This document shows, piece by piece, positions 11,624-21,231 of a DNA stretch of 41,328 nt (positions are counted from its first letter, which is position 1; each line of letters starts with the position of its first letter). Location of the stretch: NCBI RefSeq assembly GCF_026626685.1, contig NZ_JAPNJX010000021.1, forward strand, positions 1-41,328, given 5' to 3'. The translations under genes and the position numbers were made by a program. The stretch is from Nannocystis sp. SCPEA4 (GTDB lineage Bacteria > Myxococcota_A > Polyangia > Nannocystales > Nannocystaceae). The notes below the pieces were generated by a model. The model did no database searches. It saw only the letters and a program-made list of their open reading frames with translations, and was not told the origin of the DNA.

Positions 11624-12517
11624 ATGGGACCGTTCCGCCTCGAGACTCTCACCAGCCGCGACGTCCGGGACCGCCTCGAACGTCTCGAGCTCCCGTTCAA
11701 TCAGTACGGCATGGATCCGTTCGGGATCTCCAAGAAGCACCTCGGCGTCTTCTATTCGATGCTCGAGGTCTTCTACAAGACCTACTTCCGCGTGCGCTGC
11801 TTCGGCATCGAGAACGTGCCCGAGCGCGGCGGCGCCATGCTCGTCGGCAACCACTCCGGCGGCCTCCCGGTCGACGGCGGCATGGTGCTCGCCTCGCTGT
11901 TCTTCGCCCGCGACCTCCCGCGCCACGCCACCGGCATGGTCGAGAAGTTCGCCGGCAACTGGCCATTCGTCTCGGAGTGGTTCTCGCGTGTCGGTCAGCT
12001 GCCCGGACTGCCCGAGCACGCCGTGCGTCTGTTGCAGGACGGCCGCCTGCTGATGATCTTCCCCGAGGGCGCGCGCGGCACCGGCAAGCTGTTCAAGGAT
12101 CGCTACCGCCTGGTCCAGTTCGGCACCGGCTTCATGCGGATCGCCCTGCAGACCGGCGCGCCGATCGTCCCCTTCGCCTTCATCGGCGGCGAAGAGGCAC
12201 TGCCCACCGTCTACCACGCCAGGACCCTGGCCAAGATCGTCGGCGCCCCCTACTGGCCGGTCCCGCCGTACCTCGTCCCGTTCCCGCTGCCGCTCGGCTG
12301 CGAGATCCACTACGGCAAGCCGATGCACTTCCCCGGCACTGGCCGCGAGCCCGACGAGGTCATCGAGGGCTACGTCGAGCAGGTCAAGAGCGTCGTCGAG
12401 CTGCTGGTCATCCGCGGCTGCGCGCTCCACCGCCAGCGCGCCGGCACGACCTCCGAACAGGAACCAACGGACAGCCAGTCCCCCACCTCCGGCTCCGACG
12501 ACGGCACCGAACCATGA
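11624..12517 (+). CDS. lysophospholipid acyltransferase (PlsC/LPLAT) family protein
   Basis: Acyltransferase motifs VGNHSGGLPVDG (NHxxxxD) and FPEGARGTGK (block III). Start at MGPFRLE is uncertain (ORF track 11576). Confidence 0.7.
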   Translation: MGPFRLETLTSRDVRDRLERLELPFNQYGMDPFGISKKHLGVFYSMLEVFYKTYFRVRCFGIENVPERGGAMLVGNHSGGLPVDGGMVLASLFFARDLPRHATGMVEKFAGNWPFVSEWFSRVGQLPGLPEHAVRLLQDGRLLMIFPEGARGTGKLFKDRYRLVQFGTGFMRIALQTGAPIVPFAFIGGEEALPTVYHARTLAKIVGAPYWPVPPYLVPFPLPLGCEIHYGKPMHFPGTGREPDEVIEGYVEQVKSVVELLVIRGCALHRQRAGTTSEQEPTDSQSPTSGSDDGTEP

Positions 12518-13425
12518 AGATCCTGATCACCGGCATCAACGGCGCCCACGCGCGCATGGTCGCCCTGCGTCTGCGCGCCCGCGGCGACGAGATCCTCGGC
12601 ATCGATCGCCGGCCGTGGCCCGACGCGCCCGAGGGCGTGCACGTGTTCCAGACCGACGTGCGCAAGCGGCCGGCCGCCGACGTGTTCCGCCAGCACCGCC
12701 CGGACGTCGTCATCCACATGGCGACGATCACCCACTTCACGGCCAGCGCCGAGGAGCGGCTGCGCATCAACCTCCACGGCACGCGCCTCGTGTTCGAGTA
12801 CTGCCACGAGTTCGGCGTCAAGCAGGCCGTGTTCGTCGGTCGCCACACCATCTACGGCGCCGCGCCCGACGCCCCGCTGTACCGCACCGAGGAGGAGCCG
12901 CCGCTGGCCGTCTCCACCTTCCCCGAGCTGGCCGACCTCGTCGCCGCCGACCTGTTCGCCGCCGCCGCGCTGTGGCGCTGGCCCAACCTCAAGACCGCCG
13001 TGCTGCGCATGGTCTACATGCTCGGTCCGACCCACCGCGGCACGCTCGCCAGCTTCCTCGCCGGCCCGCGCGTACCGATGATCCTCGGCTTCGACCCGCT
13101 CTACCACTTCATGCACGACGAGGACGGCGTCGAGGCGATCGTCCGCGCCGTCGATCATCAGCTCAGCGGGATCTACAACGTCGCCGGCCCCCCGCCCGTC
13201 CCGCTGTCGACGCTCGCGCGCGGCACCGGCCGCCAGCCGATCCCGATCCCCGAGCCGCTCTTCAAGTACAGCGCCGGCCGCTTCGGCCTGCCCTACCTGC
13301 CGCCCGGCGCCGTCGCCCACATCAAGCACCCGATCGTCGTCGACGCCACCGCCTTCCGCCGCGCCACCAACTTCGAGCACAAGCACGACGCACACGCCGT
13401 CATGGTCAGCTTCCGCGAGTCGTGA
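12514..13425 (+). CDS. NAD-dependent epimerase/dehydratase family protein (SDR superfamily)
   Basis: [21 protein letters not shown]-terminal Rossmann. ATGA overlap with the upstream acyltransferase, so a likely operon. Confidence 0.75.
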   Translation: MKILITGINGAHARMVALRLRARGDEILGIDRRPWPDAPEGVHVFQTDVRKRPAADVFRQHRPDVVIHMATITHFTASAEERLRINLHGTRLVFEYCHEFGVKQAVFVGRHTIYGAAPDAPLYRTEEEPPLAVSTFPELADLVAADLFAAAALWRWPNLKTAVLRMVYMLGPTHRGTLASFLAGPRVPMILGFDPLYHFMHDEDGVEAIVRAVDHQLSGIYNVAGPPPVPLSTLARGTGRQPIPIPEPLFKYSAGRFGLPYLPPGAVAHIKHPIVVDATAFRRATNFEHKHDAHAVMVSFRES

Positions 13426-13428
13426 CGC

Positions 13429-14154
13429 TCACGCCCCGCGGTACGGCCCGGGCCGGTAACGCAGCAGCGCGACCTCGAACGCCTCGAAGTGCTCGGCCAG
13501 CAGCTCGACCCGCCGCACCAGCACCGCCAGGGCGACCGGCGCCAGCCGCGGGTCGCGGACCGGGCGCTGCTTTTCTCCCGTCTCCGGGGACATGTCTGTA
13601 GAGCCAGCATCGAGCGCCTCGCCGAGCAGCACCGCCTCGACGTCGCGGGTCGAGATTCCGACCCGCGCGACCAGTTCGCGCTCGGCCGGCCCGAGCTCGC
13701 GGACGCTGCGGATCCAGCTCCACACCCAGCCGTCGATCGCCGCGTCGGCCGGGTCGGCGGCCTCGACCGCGAGCCGCAGCGCACGTGTCTCTCGGGCCAG
13801 CTCCGCGACGCGGGGCGGCAGGTGGTCGAGGGCCAGCGCCACGTCCGCCCCGGCCAGCGCTTGCCGCTCCATCAACCAGCCCGGGCGAGCGAGCACGCCG
13901 GAGAACACGCCAAACACGATCGTCCCCAGCAGGCTCGCGAAAAACACCAGCTCGAGCGGGTCAAACACGCCGCGGATGAGTGCGGTGACGATCACCGCGA
14001 TCGTCGACAAGGCCGCCCAGATCGCCATGATCTTCGCTCGCCGTCGGCGCTCGAGCCGGCGCGACTCGATCGCCGCAGAAGCCCGTTGGTGGCGAGCAGT
14101 GCGCGTCTGCGCCCGAATTGTGATCCCCGCCTCGTCGCCTCGCTCCGCCGCCAT
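13429..14154 (-). CDS. hypothetical membrane protein
   Basis: Two TM helices (IMAIWAALSTIAVIVTALI; LVFFASLLGTIVFGVFSGV). High GC3 on the minus strand. The competing + strand ORF is Arg-rich junk. The start could be internal (MAIWAAL). Confidence 0.45.
   Translation of the reverse strand: MAAERGDEAGITIRAQTRTARHQRASAAIESRRLERRRRAKIMAIWAALSTIAVIVTALIRGVFDPLELVFFASLLGTIVFGVFSGVLARPGWLMERQALAGADVALALDHLPPRVAELARETRALRLAVEAADPADAAIDGWVWSWIRSVRELGPAERELVARVGISTRDVEAVLLGEALDAGSTDMSPETGEKQRPVRDPRLAPVALAVLVRRVELLAEHFEAFEVALLRYRPGPYRGA
13581..13610. repeat. repeat-family copy (tctccggggacatgtctgtagagccagc) inside the CDS
   Basis: Shares the TCTCCGGGGACA word with the copy at 5103-5125. CATG/CAGC phased 14 bp apart. 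Confidence 0.4.
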
Positions 14155-14328
14155 CGCCGACCCGCAGCGTAGATCACACTCGCGTCGTCCGCAGGGGTTT
14201 GGGTGCCATCACCCCCGGAGCTTCTCCGTGCAACCCCGAACTTCCGCCCCTGCTGCAAAGCACGTTAGAATCACCGCACGCGCCGCGGTCTACGGTGCGT
14301 GCCCCTTCCCTCGCTCGCAGGAGTCCCC

Positions 14329-15078
14329 ATGACCCAGGCCACCACCTCGGACCGTCCCCTGCCTGTTCAATCCGGCCGTCGCCGACGCAAGCTCGGCCTC
14401 GCCGCTGCGGCACTCGGCGCCGCGTTGCTCGGCAGCACGGTCGCGCCCACTGACGCTGAAGCAGCGGTCCCCCGCGTGCTGCGGCCCGGCACCCGGCCCA
14501 TGCAGTTCCTGTTCGGCCTCGGCCCCTCGTGGGGCATCGGCGGTTCGTCGTACTACTACGATGCCGGCTACTACGGCTGCGGCGCACCAGGTATTCCCTG
14601 CCGCTACGGCGGCTTCGGCTACTGGGGCTCGTTCAAGCTCACGCAGGAATTCAGCGGCCACTTCAGCGGCAACGCCTCGGGTCCGGCCCTCGGCGTCCTG
14701 CTCAACGAAGAGTTCGGCTACCGCCGCTTCGGCTTCGTCATCGCCCCGAAGTTCACCTACGACATTCAGCCGAAGAAGGACCTCGGCCTCTACATCTCGC
14801 CGAACGTCTCGCTCGGCTACCACCTGCTGTCGGACCGCTGGAACTACTACAACGGCGCCTACTACCACTTCACCAACCACGCCGCGAACCTGCAGTTCGG
14901 TATCGGCCTCAAGCTCATGCTCGACGACCGCTGGATCGTCTGGCTGCAGTTCCCGCAGTTCGACATGAGCTTCGGCCCGCGCTACGGCTACGGCTGCGCC
15001 AACGCCCCCGGCGTCTACTGCCCGGCGTTCTTCGTCGCCCGCCTCAACCTGCTGGTCGGCGGCGGCGTCTCGTTCTGA
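14329..15078 (+). CDS. secreted aromatic/Gly-rich protein, probable outer-membrane beta-barrel
   Basis: Signal peptide with RRRRKLGLAAAALGAALLGS (possibly Tat-like). Tyr/Gly/Phe-rich alternating pattern. C-terminal ...GGGVSF (terminal Phe). Confidence 0.55.
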   Translation: MTQATTSDRPLPVQSGRRRRKLGLAAAALGAALLGSTVAPTDAEAAVPRVLRPGTRPMQFLFGLGPSWGIGGSSYYYDAGYYGCGAPGIPCRYGGFGYWGSFKLTQEFSGHFSGNASGPALGVLLNEEFGYRRFGFVIAPKFTYDIQPKKDLGLYISPNVSLGYHLLSDRWNYYNGAYYHFTNHAANLQFGIGLKLMLDDRWIVWLQFPQFDMSFGPRYGYGCANAPGVYCPAFFVARLNLLVGGGVSF

Positions 15079-15089
15079 GCGACCCCCTC

Positions 15090-15977
15090 GTGCTCGCAGG
15101 CGTGCGCCCGGTCGCCGTCGTCGGCGCCGGCTTCCTCGGCGCCCCGGTCGCGGCCGCCCTCGCGGCGACCGCCGATTCATCTGTCCTTACGACCACGCGC
15201 TCGGGGACATGGCCGAACGGACATGTCCCAGAGGGCATCGAGGTGCGCGCCCTCGACGTCGTCGCCGCGAGCGCCGGTGAGATCGCCGCCGTCCTCGCCG
15301 GCGCCAGCGCGCTCGTGGTCTGCTACGCCCCCGGCAAGCAGCAGGACCGCCGCGACCTCTACATCGAGGGCACCCGCCGCCTGCTCGCCGCCGCGGCCGC
15401 GCTCCCGCTGACCCGCCTCGTCTACACCTCTTCCACGTCGGCGCTGCCGGACCGCGACGCCTGGCTCGACGACGACTGCCCCGACTGGCCCGACGAGCCG
15501 CGCGGCCGCGTGCAGCGCGAGGCCGAGGAGCTCGTGCGCGAGGCCTGCGTCCGCCACGACCTCCCGTGGACGATCCTCCGCCTCGCCGGCCTCTACGGCC
15601 CCGGCCGCGAGCTGTTCCGCCTCTACCGCGGCGCCCCCGACGACGGCGTCCTGCCCGGCGACGGCATGCAGCCGACCAACCTCGTCCACCGCGACGACGC
15701 CGTCCAGGCCGTCCTCGCCGCCCTCGCCCTGCCTCCGGATCGGCGCGGGGTCGTCAACGTCGTCGACGACGACCACACCCCGCGGCGCGAGATCTTCGCC
15801 CGCCTCGCCGAACTCGCCGGCCGGCCGCCGCCGCGGTGGGAGCGACCGGCCACAGCGGCCGCGATCGGCAAGCGGGTCGCCAACGCGCGCCTCAAGGAGC
15901 TTCTGCGCGTGAAGCTCCTGCATCCCTCTCACACCCCGGAGAGCCCCCGATCTTGCACGCCTCCGCCGGGTGGTTAA
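15090..15977 (+). CDS. NAD(P)-binding Rossmann-fold protein, epimerase/dehydratase-like
   Basis: GTG start. VAVVGAGFLGAPVAAALAA dinucleotide-binding motif. Start ambiguous (GTG 15090 or 15102). Confidence 0.55.
   Translation: MLAGVRPVAVVGAGFLGAPVAAALAATADSSVLTTTRSGTWPNGHVPEGIEVRALDVVAASAGEIAAVLAGASALVVCYAPGKQQDRRDLYIEGTRRLLAAAAALPLTRLVYTSSTSALPDRDAWLDDDCPDWPDEPRGRVQREAEELVREACVRHDLPWTILRLAGLYGPGRELFRLYRGAPDDGVLPGDGMQPTNLVHRDDAVQAVLAALALPPDRRGVVNVVDDDHTPRREIFARLAELAGRPPPRWERPATAAAIGKRVANARLKELLRVKLLHPSHTPESPRSCTPPPGG
15181..15240. repeat. repeat-family copy embedded in-frame in the CDS (ctgtcc...gggacatggccgaacggacatgtcccagagggcatcg)
   Basis: CTGT 15181, CATG 15208, CATG 15222, CATC 15236, so 14-bp phasing. 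Read in the gene frame it gives ...SGTWPNGHVPEGIEV. Confidence 0.55.
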
Positions 15978-15992
15978 ACCCCTGAGCACGCC

Positions 15993-16895
15993 ATGAACGT
16001 CGCCGCGGCCGTCACCCACCTCCTTCCACTTCCGGCCGGCGGCGCCGTCGCCGCCCCTCTCGATGTCGGTGAGCTCCAGTCCGAGCTCGACATCCTCGCC
16101 GACGAGGCCCTGCGCGCGCGCCGCCAGGGCCTCTCGCTCCTGGCCGCGGTTCGTGACCCGCGTTTTCCCGCCCTCCAGAATTTCCACCAGGGCCTGCGCG
16201 ACGCCCTCTTCCTGGAGATTCCGGAAGAGCTTGAGCCGTGGGCCCGTCTCGCCGCCAACGGCGCCGGCAATCCGCCGCTGCAGCACACGCTCGTCGACTT
16301 CGCCCGCGGCGGCGAGGACGCCGACGATCGCCTCGGCGCCCTCCAGGCCGCGCTCGCCGAGCTTCTCGTGTTCGAGGCCATCCGCCTGCGCCTGTTCGTC
16401 ACCGCCTTCCGCGGCGAGGAGTTCGAGGTCGTCGGCGGTGAGGAGTCCGACGTCGACGCGATCGCCTACCGCGAGGTCGCCACGCTCCTGCACCGCCCCG
16501 AGCTCGCCGATCCCGACGTCCGTCCCCTCACTGTCCTGCTCGCGGCGGCCTCCGTCTCGCTCGCCCGCGACGCCCAGTCACGCGCCGAGGAGCTCCGCGA
16601 CACCGGCGAGGACACCCGCGAGGAGCTGCGCATGCGTGCCCGCCTCCGCGCCGCGCTCCGCGAGCTCCGCCTGCCCGAGGCCGTCCTGCTGGAGAACGCC
16701 CTCGCCGCCCTTCTCGGCGAGGAGCGGCGCGAGCTCGCCGATCTGCAGGCCGAGCGTCCCGTCGCGCTCGACGGCATGACCCGTCAGGCCATGGATCAGC
16801 GCGTGTCTCGCGGTCGGCGGGCTCTCGCCCATCCGCGGGCTGCCTGGCCGCGTCGTCGTCGGCCCGCTCTCTTCGATCTGCTCCAGCGCGCCTGA
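15993..16895 (+). CDS. hypothetical protein
   Basis: High GC3, acidic/Leu-rich, no recognisable motif. Confidence 0.45.
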   Translation: MNVAAAVTHLLPLPAGGAVAAPLDVGELQSELDILADEALRARRQGLSLLAAVRDPRFPALQNFHQGLRDALFLEIPEELEPWARLAANGAGNPPLQHTLVDFARGGEDADDRLGALQAALAELLVFEAIRLRLFVTAFRGEEFEVVGGEESDVDAIAYREVATLLHRPELADPDVRPLTVLLAAASVSLARDAQSRAEELRDTGEDTREELRMRARLRAALRELRLPEAVLLENALAALLGEERRELADLQAERPVALDGMTRQAMDQRVSRGRRALAHPRAAWPRRRRPALFDLLQRA

Positions 16896-16975
16896 GCCGC
16901 GGCTCTCGTCACGCATCCTTCGCGGCGGCCGACGGGTTCACCGCCCGCGCGACCCTGGTATGCTCCGCGCCCGCC

Positions 16976-17515
16976 ATGGCCGCCCCACCCGAACCCACAC
17001 GCGGACCGCGGATCGCCCTCGCAGCGGCGATCGCCGGTCTCAGCCTCGGCCTCGACCTTTGGAGCAAGGCCTGGGTCTGGAACAACCTCCGCGATCAGGC
17101 GGCCTGGAAGGTCAGCGACAAGCTGCTCCACTTCGACTTCGCCTGCAATCCCGGCTCGGCCTTCGGTTTCCTCAACGACGTCGACTGGGCCCGCTACTTC
17201 TTCATCGTCATCACCCTCGCGGCCGTCGGCTACCTCGTCCACCTCGCGCGGACCCTGCCGACCACGAGTCGCGCCGCCTTCATCGCCATCGGTCTGATCG
17301 CCGGCGGTGCGCTCGGCAACCTCCACGATCGCCTCGTCCGCGTCTACGCCGGCGACTACTGCGTGGTCGACTTCATCGTCGTCTACATCTGGCCCGGCAA
17401 GACCTGGCCCGCCTTCAACATCGCCGATGCCGTCCTCGTCGCCGGCGTCCTGTTGTTCCTCCTCGTGCTTCCACGCACCGAAGCCCCCACCAGTAACGCC
17501 TCCCCGTCGACCTGA
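16976..17515 (+). CDS. lspA: lipoprotein signal peptidase (signal peptidase II)
   Basis: Conserved NPGSAFGF and FNIADA motifs. 4 TM helices. Confidence 0.85.
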   Translation: MAAPPEPTRGPRIALAAAIAGLSLGLDLWSKAWVWNNLRDQAAWKVSDKLLHFDFACNPGSAFGFLNDVDWARYFFIVITLAAVGYLVHLARTLPTTSRAAFIAIGLIAGGALGNLHDRLVRVYAGDYCVVDFIVVYIWPGKTWPAFNIADAVLVAGVLLFLLVLPRTEAPTSNASPST

Positions 17516-17794
17516 GCGGGCCGGCGAAGACATCACGCCCGATCTCGCCCCCGCGGGAGGTCATGGGCGACGCTGCGGATCACCTCGTCCGCGACGACTG
17601 TCCCAGTGACGATCGATCTGCTTTTCGGCCGGACGCCGCCGCTCGAGGCCTGCGCCCGTCCGCGTCGCACGTCGCTCGGCGCGCCGCGGACCTCCTGAAC
17701 GCCCTCTGCGGGCTTTTCGCCGGGCTTCCGCCAGCGGCAGCCGCGCTTGCTCCGCCGGGCACCTCGGGTACACTGCCGAGGTTTCCGGCCGTTC

Positions 17795-18382
17795 ATGAGC
17801 GACACGCCAGCTTCGAATTCCGCCCGGCTCCGGCCGATCCTCGTCACCGCGTCTGCAGCCGCGGTGTTTCTGATCCTCGACCTCGTGACCAAGAGCTGGG
17901 CCTGGGACAACCTCCGGCCGCCGCACAAGTCGATCGCCGCGATCGGCAACTGGTTCCACTGGTCCTACAGCTTCAACACCGGCTCGGCCTTCGGCTTCCT
18001 GCGCGGCCAGGACTTCTCCCGCCCGATCTTCATCGTCGTCACCCTGATCACGGTGGTCTACATGGCCGCCCTGGTCCGGAAGCTGCCGACCGACCGCCTC
18101 TACGGCTTCTTCGCCATCGGCTGCATCATCGGCGGCGCGCTCGGCAACATGCACGACCGCCTGCTCCGCCAGGACACCGACGCGCTGGGTCAGCTCAACC
18201 ACGGCGTCGTCGACTTCATCCGCGTCTGCGCCCCGTGGAACCGCGGCCTGTGCTGGCCCAACTTCAACGTCGCCGACATCGCCCTCGTCGTCGGCGTCCT
18301 ATTGCTCATCCCCTACTTGATGTTTCACGCCCAACCGCCTGAAACCAAAGAAGATTCGCCGGCCGCCAAGGCCGTCGTCTAG
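17795..18382 (+). CDS. lspA: lipoprotein signal peptidase paralog (signal peptidase II)
   Basis: NTGSAFGF and FNVADIALVVG motifs. Start taken at MSDTPAS (ORF track 17747). Tandem to the first lspA. Confidence 0.85.
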   Translation: MSDTPASNSARLRPILVTASAAAVFLILDLVTKSWAWDNLRPPHKSIAAIGNWFHWSYSFNTGSAFGFLRGQDFSRPIFIVVTLITVVYMAALVRKLPTDRLYGFFAIGCIIGGALGNMHDRLLRQDTDALGQLNHGVVDFIRVCAPWNRGLCWPNFNVADIALVVGVLLLIPYLMFHAQPPETKEDSPAAKAVV

Positions 18383-18442
18383 ACCGCTCCGAGCCCCGCC
18401 GCGCCGCACGGTTCGAGCACGTCGAGCCACACGCTCGCCGGC

Positions 18443-19708
18443 TCACGTGCGGTCGAACGCGCGCACCTTCGCCCAGCACTCGCGGCGTTCGGCCTCGGGA
18501 TCGCTGTCGATCACGATCCCGCCGCCGCTCTGCAGCCACAGCCCGGCGGCATCGGCCACGCCCGTGCGGATCGGGATGCTGCAGCGCAACCCATCAGGCA
18601 TCAGCGCCACGATCGCCCCACAGTAGATCCCGCGAGCGCGCTGCTCGAGCCGCTCGATGTGCTCGATGGTCCGCCGCTTGGGCGCCCCCGTCACGCTGCC
18701 GCCCGGGAACACCGCCGCCACGACCTCGGCCAGCGTCCAGTCCGGGCGCAGCGTGCAACGGACCTCGGAGACCAGGTGGTGCACCGTCGGCAACGACACC
18801 AGCTCCGGACGGGCAGGCGCCCGCACCGATCCCGGGCGCGCGAGTCGGCCGAGATCGTTGCGAACAAGATCAACGATCATCACATGTTCGGCCAGATCTT
18901 TCGTGCTCTGCTTCAACTCTTCCTGGGCCGCGAGATCGCGCTCGGGAGCGCTGCCTCGAGGCCGGGTTCCCTTGATCGGCCACGACCGTGCGAGGTCTCC
19001 CCCGTCTTCTCCTGCGCCGAGCTCGATCGCGATCAGCGTCTCCGGCGAGTTGGAGATCACCCAGCGACCACACGGTCGGCCGGCCTCGACTGCCAGCAAC
19101 GCGCCCATGGTCGCCGGCGTCGCCGCCTGCAGGGCCGCGTACACCGCCGCGGCTCTGGCTGCCAGCGGCCGACCTTGCCACCCCGGCTGCCATCCGGCCA
19201 CGAACGGCTGCGTCAGGTTGATCTGGTACGTCTCGCCGGCGGCGATGTAGCCCTGCGCCCGGCGCACACGCTCGCGGTAATCCCCGGCGTCCACCAGCGC
19301 CTCGACCCGGGCGAGCGGCCACGACTGTCCCCAGGGCCAGGTGCTCTTCGCCAGCCGCGCCCGCAGCTCCGCGCCCGCCCGCGGATCGCCGTGGATCCGT
19401 TCCGTCGGCCCGAGCTCGAGCGCGGCCCGGTAGCGCCGCATCACCAGCCCCGGCAACGCCGCCCTCGGCGCCGGCCTGCCGAGCAGCGCCGCGGTGCCGG
19501 CCTCGTACGTCAACCAGCCGCACCACACGAACTCGGGCGCGGCGCGCCACGCCGCTTCGATCGCCGGCAGGGCCGAGAGGTCGTCCGCCACCACCTCGAG
19601 GTCCGGCTCGAGCGCCACGAACCCGCGTCCATCGCCGCCGTCGAGCCACGCCAGCGCCCCGCCCGGCTCCGACGCGGCCAGCGCCGCGATCTGGCGCGCG
19701 CGCGTCAC
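18443..19708 (-). CDS. chorismate-binding enzyme, aminodeoxychorismate/anthranilate synthase component I family
   Basis: C-terminal chorismate-binding signature (VFPGGSVTGAPKRRTIEHIERLE; GIYCGAIVALMPDG). Confidence 0.8.
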   Translation of the reverse strand: MTRARQIAALAASEPGGALAWLDGGDGRGFVALEPDLEVVADDLSALPAIEAAWRAAPEFVWCGWLTYEAGTAALLGRPAPRAALPGLVMRRYRAALELGPTERIHGDPRAGAELRARLAKSTWPWGQSWPLARVEALVDAGDYRERVRRAQGYIAAGETYQINLTQPFVAGWQPGWQGRPLAARAAAVYAALQAATPATMGALLAVEAGRPCGRWVISNSPETLIAIELGAGEDGGDLARSWPIKGTRPRGSAPERDLAAQEELKQSTKDLAEHVMIVDLVRNDLGRLARPGSVRAPARPELVSLPTVHHLVSEVRCTLRPDWTLAEVVAAVFPGGSVTGAPKRRTIEHIERLEQRARGIYCGAIVALMPDGLRCSIPIRTGVADAAGLWLQSGGGIVIDSDPEAERRECWAKVRAFDRT

Positions 19709-20304
19709 TCGGCGTTCTTCTGCGCCAGCGCCTCGCGGAAGCCGAACGTGTAGTCGACCGCGCTGATGATCGACACGAACACCGACAGTCCGAGCAGGAC
19801 CAGCCCGACGCGGTTGAAGTCGAGCGCCTCCTCGATCCCGGGCAGACGGTAGCGGTAGTGCATCAGGAGGAACGAGATGCCCGTCAGCTGGAACGCCGTC
19901 TTCGCTTTACCGCCCGCGCTGGCCGCGATGATGATGTTCTCCGAGCTGGCCAGCGAGCGCAGCCCGTTGATGTAGAACTCGCGGGTCAGCAGCAGCACGA
20001 CCAGCCAGGCCGGCGCGCGGTCGTCCATCACCAGATAGACCAGCACCGCCGCCACCATGATCTTGTCGGCCAGCGGGTCGACGAACTTGCCGAACACGGT
20101 GACCAGCCCGGAGCGGCGGGCCAGCCAGCCGTCGATGAGGTCGAGCAGCGACGCCACCGTGAACAGCAGCGACGCCAGCACGCAGCGCCACGGATCGGTC
20201 TTGTCGATCAGCATGAGCACCGGCGGGATGAGGAACACCCGGCCGATCGTGATCATGTTGGGGAGATTCAGGATCTCCCGGCGGAAGCCTTCGTATCTCT
20301 TCAC
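19705..20304 (-). CDS. pgsA: CDP-diacylglycerol--glycerol-3-phosphate 3-phosphatidyltransferase
   Basis: CDP-alcohol phosphatidyltransferase motif DLIDGWLARRSG...G...D...D. 4-nt overlap with the upstream gene. Confidence 0.85.
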   Translation of the reverse strand: MKRYEGFRREILNLPNMITIGRVFLIPPVLMLIDKTDPWRCVLASLLFTVASLLDLIDGWLARRSGLVTVFGKFVDPLADKIMVAAVLVYLVMDDRAPAWLVVLLLTREFYINGLRSLASSENIIIAASAGGKAKTAFQLTGISFLLMHYRYRLPGIEEALDFNRVGLVLLGLSVFVSIISAVDYTFGFREALAQKNAE

Positions 20305-20392
20305 AGAAGCCGCAGGAGCCTACCCCGAAGCCCGCGCCAGGTCCAAGACAACGACGCGCCGGCGAGCCGCCGAGCGTGAGTTGGGCGGCGGT

Positions 20393-21142
20393 TCACGGTC
20401 CGGCGATCGCCCGCGCGGGGCTCGCCCCGCCGGTTCCGTCCTGCAGCAGTCGCTCGTAGGCGTAGAACCGGCGCAGCACCGCCTTCACGTACGCCCGGAC
20501 CCCCGGGTGAGGCGGCACTCCGCCGTACTTCTGCACCGCGCCGGCGCCGGAGAAGTAGCCGGCCGCCACCAGCACCATGTCGCCGCCGAAACGATTGGCG
20601 AGCAGGCGCAGGAACTTCGCGCCGCCGTAGATGCTCTGCCGCGGGTCGAACGGCTGCTGGACCCCGAGGAAGCGCGCCGTCGACGGCATCAGCTGCGTCA
20701 GCCCCATCGCGCCCGTGCTGCTGACCGCGCCCGGATAGTAGTTGCTCTCGGTGTGAATCACCGCGCGCAGCAGCGACTCCGGCAACTGATACAGGCGCGC
20801 CGCGCCGCGGATGTGCGTCTCCCAGCGGCGCGAGCGTTCGTCGGCCAGCGCCTCCGCGACCTCCACCTGCGGATCTCGGCGTGGCGCCGCGGGCTCGGCC
20901 TCCGCTGCCGCGGTCTTCGGCGCCCCTTCGCCGCCGCTGCCGGGCATCTCCTCGACCTCGCGCCGTCCGCCCGCGCCGACAGCGCGGACCGGCGTCACGT
21001 GGACCACCCCCTGCGCGTCCGTGTAGCGGCGGTACGTCGGCTCGGCCGCGGCGATCGGCCGCGTCGACAGCCCGACCAGCGCCGCCGCCAGCATCGCCGC
21101 CGCCGCGTGGATCGGCCCCCGACCGGCGCGTCGCTGCGGCAT
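20393..21142 (-). CDS. secreted lytic transglycosylase (SLT domain)
   Basis: SLT catalytic motif HTESNYYPGAVSSTGAMGLTQLMP. N-terminal signal sequence. Confidence 0.7.
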   Translation of the reverse strand: MPQRRAGRGPIHAAAAMLAAALVGLSTRPIAAAEPTYRRYTDAQGVVHVTPVRAVGAGGRREVEEMPGSGGEGAPKTAAAEAEPAAPRRDPQVEVAEALADERSRRWETHIRGAARLYQLPESLLRAVIHTESNYYPGAVSSTGAMGLTQLMPSTARFLGVQQPFDPRQSIYGGAKFLRLLANRFGGDMVLVAAGYFSGAGAVQKYGGVPPHPGVRAYVKAVLRRFYAYERLLQDGTGGASPARAIAGP

Positions 21143-21231
21143 GGGCCGATTCGCTCCCACGCACCGAGCCTATCGCCGCCGCGGACCCTTGTCGACCGGC
21201 CCCGCCGCTCTGCTACTTTCGCCGCACGACC

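Noticed and set aside
15177-16493. 438-aa minus ORF
   Set aside because: Antisense to the epimerase-like gene and the hypothetical gene. Low-complexity.
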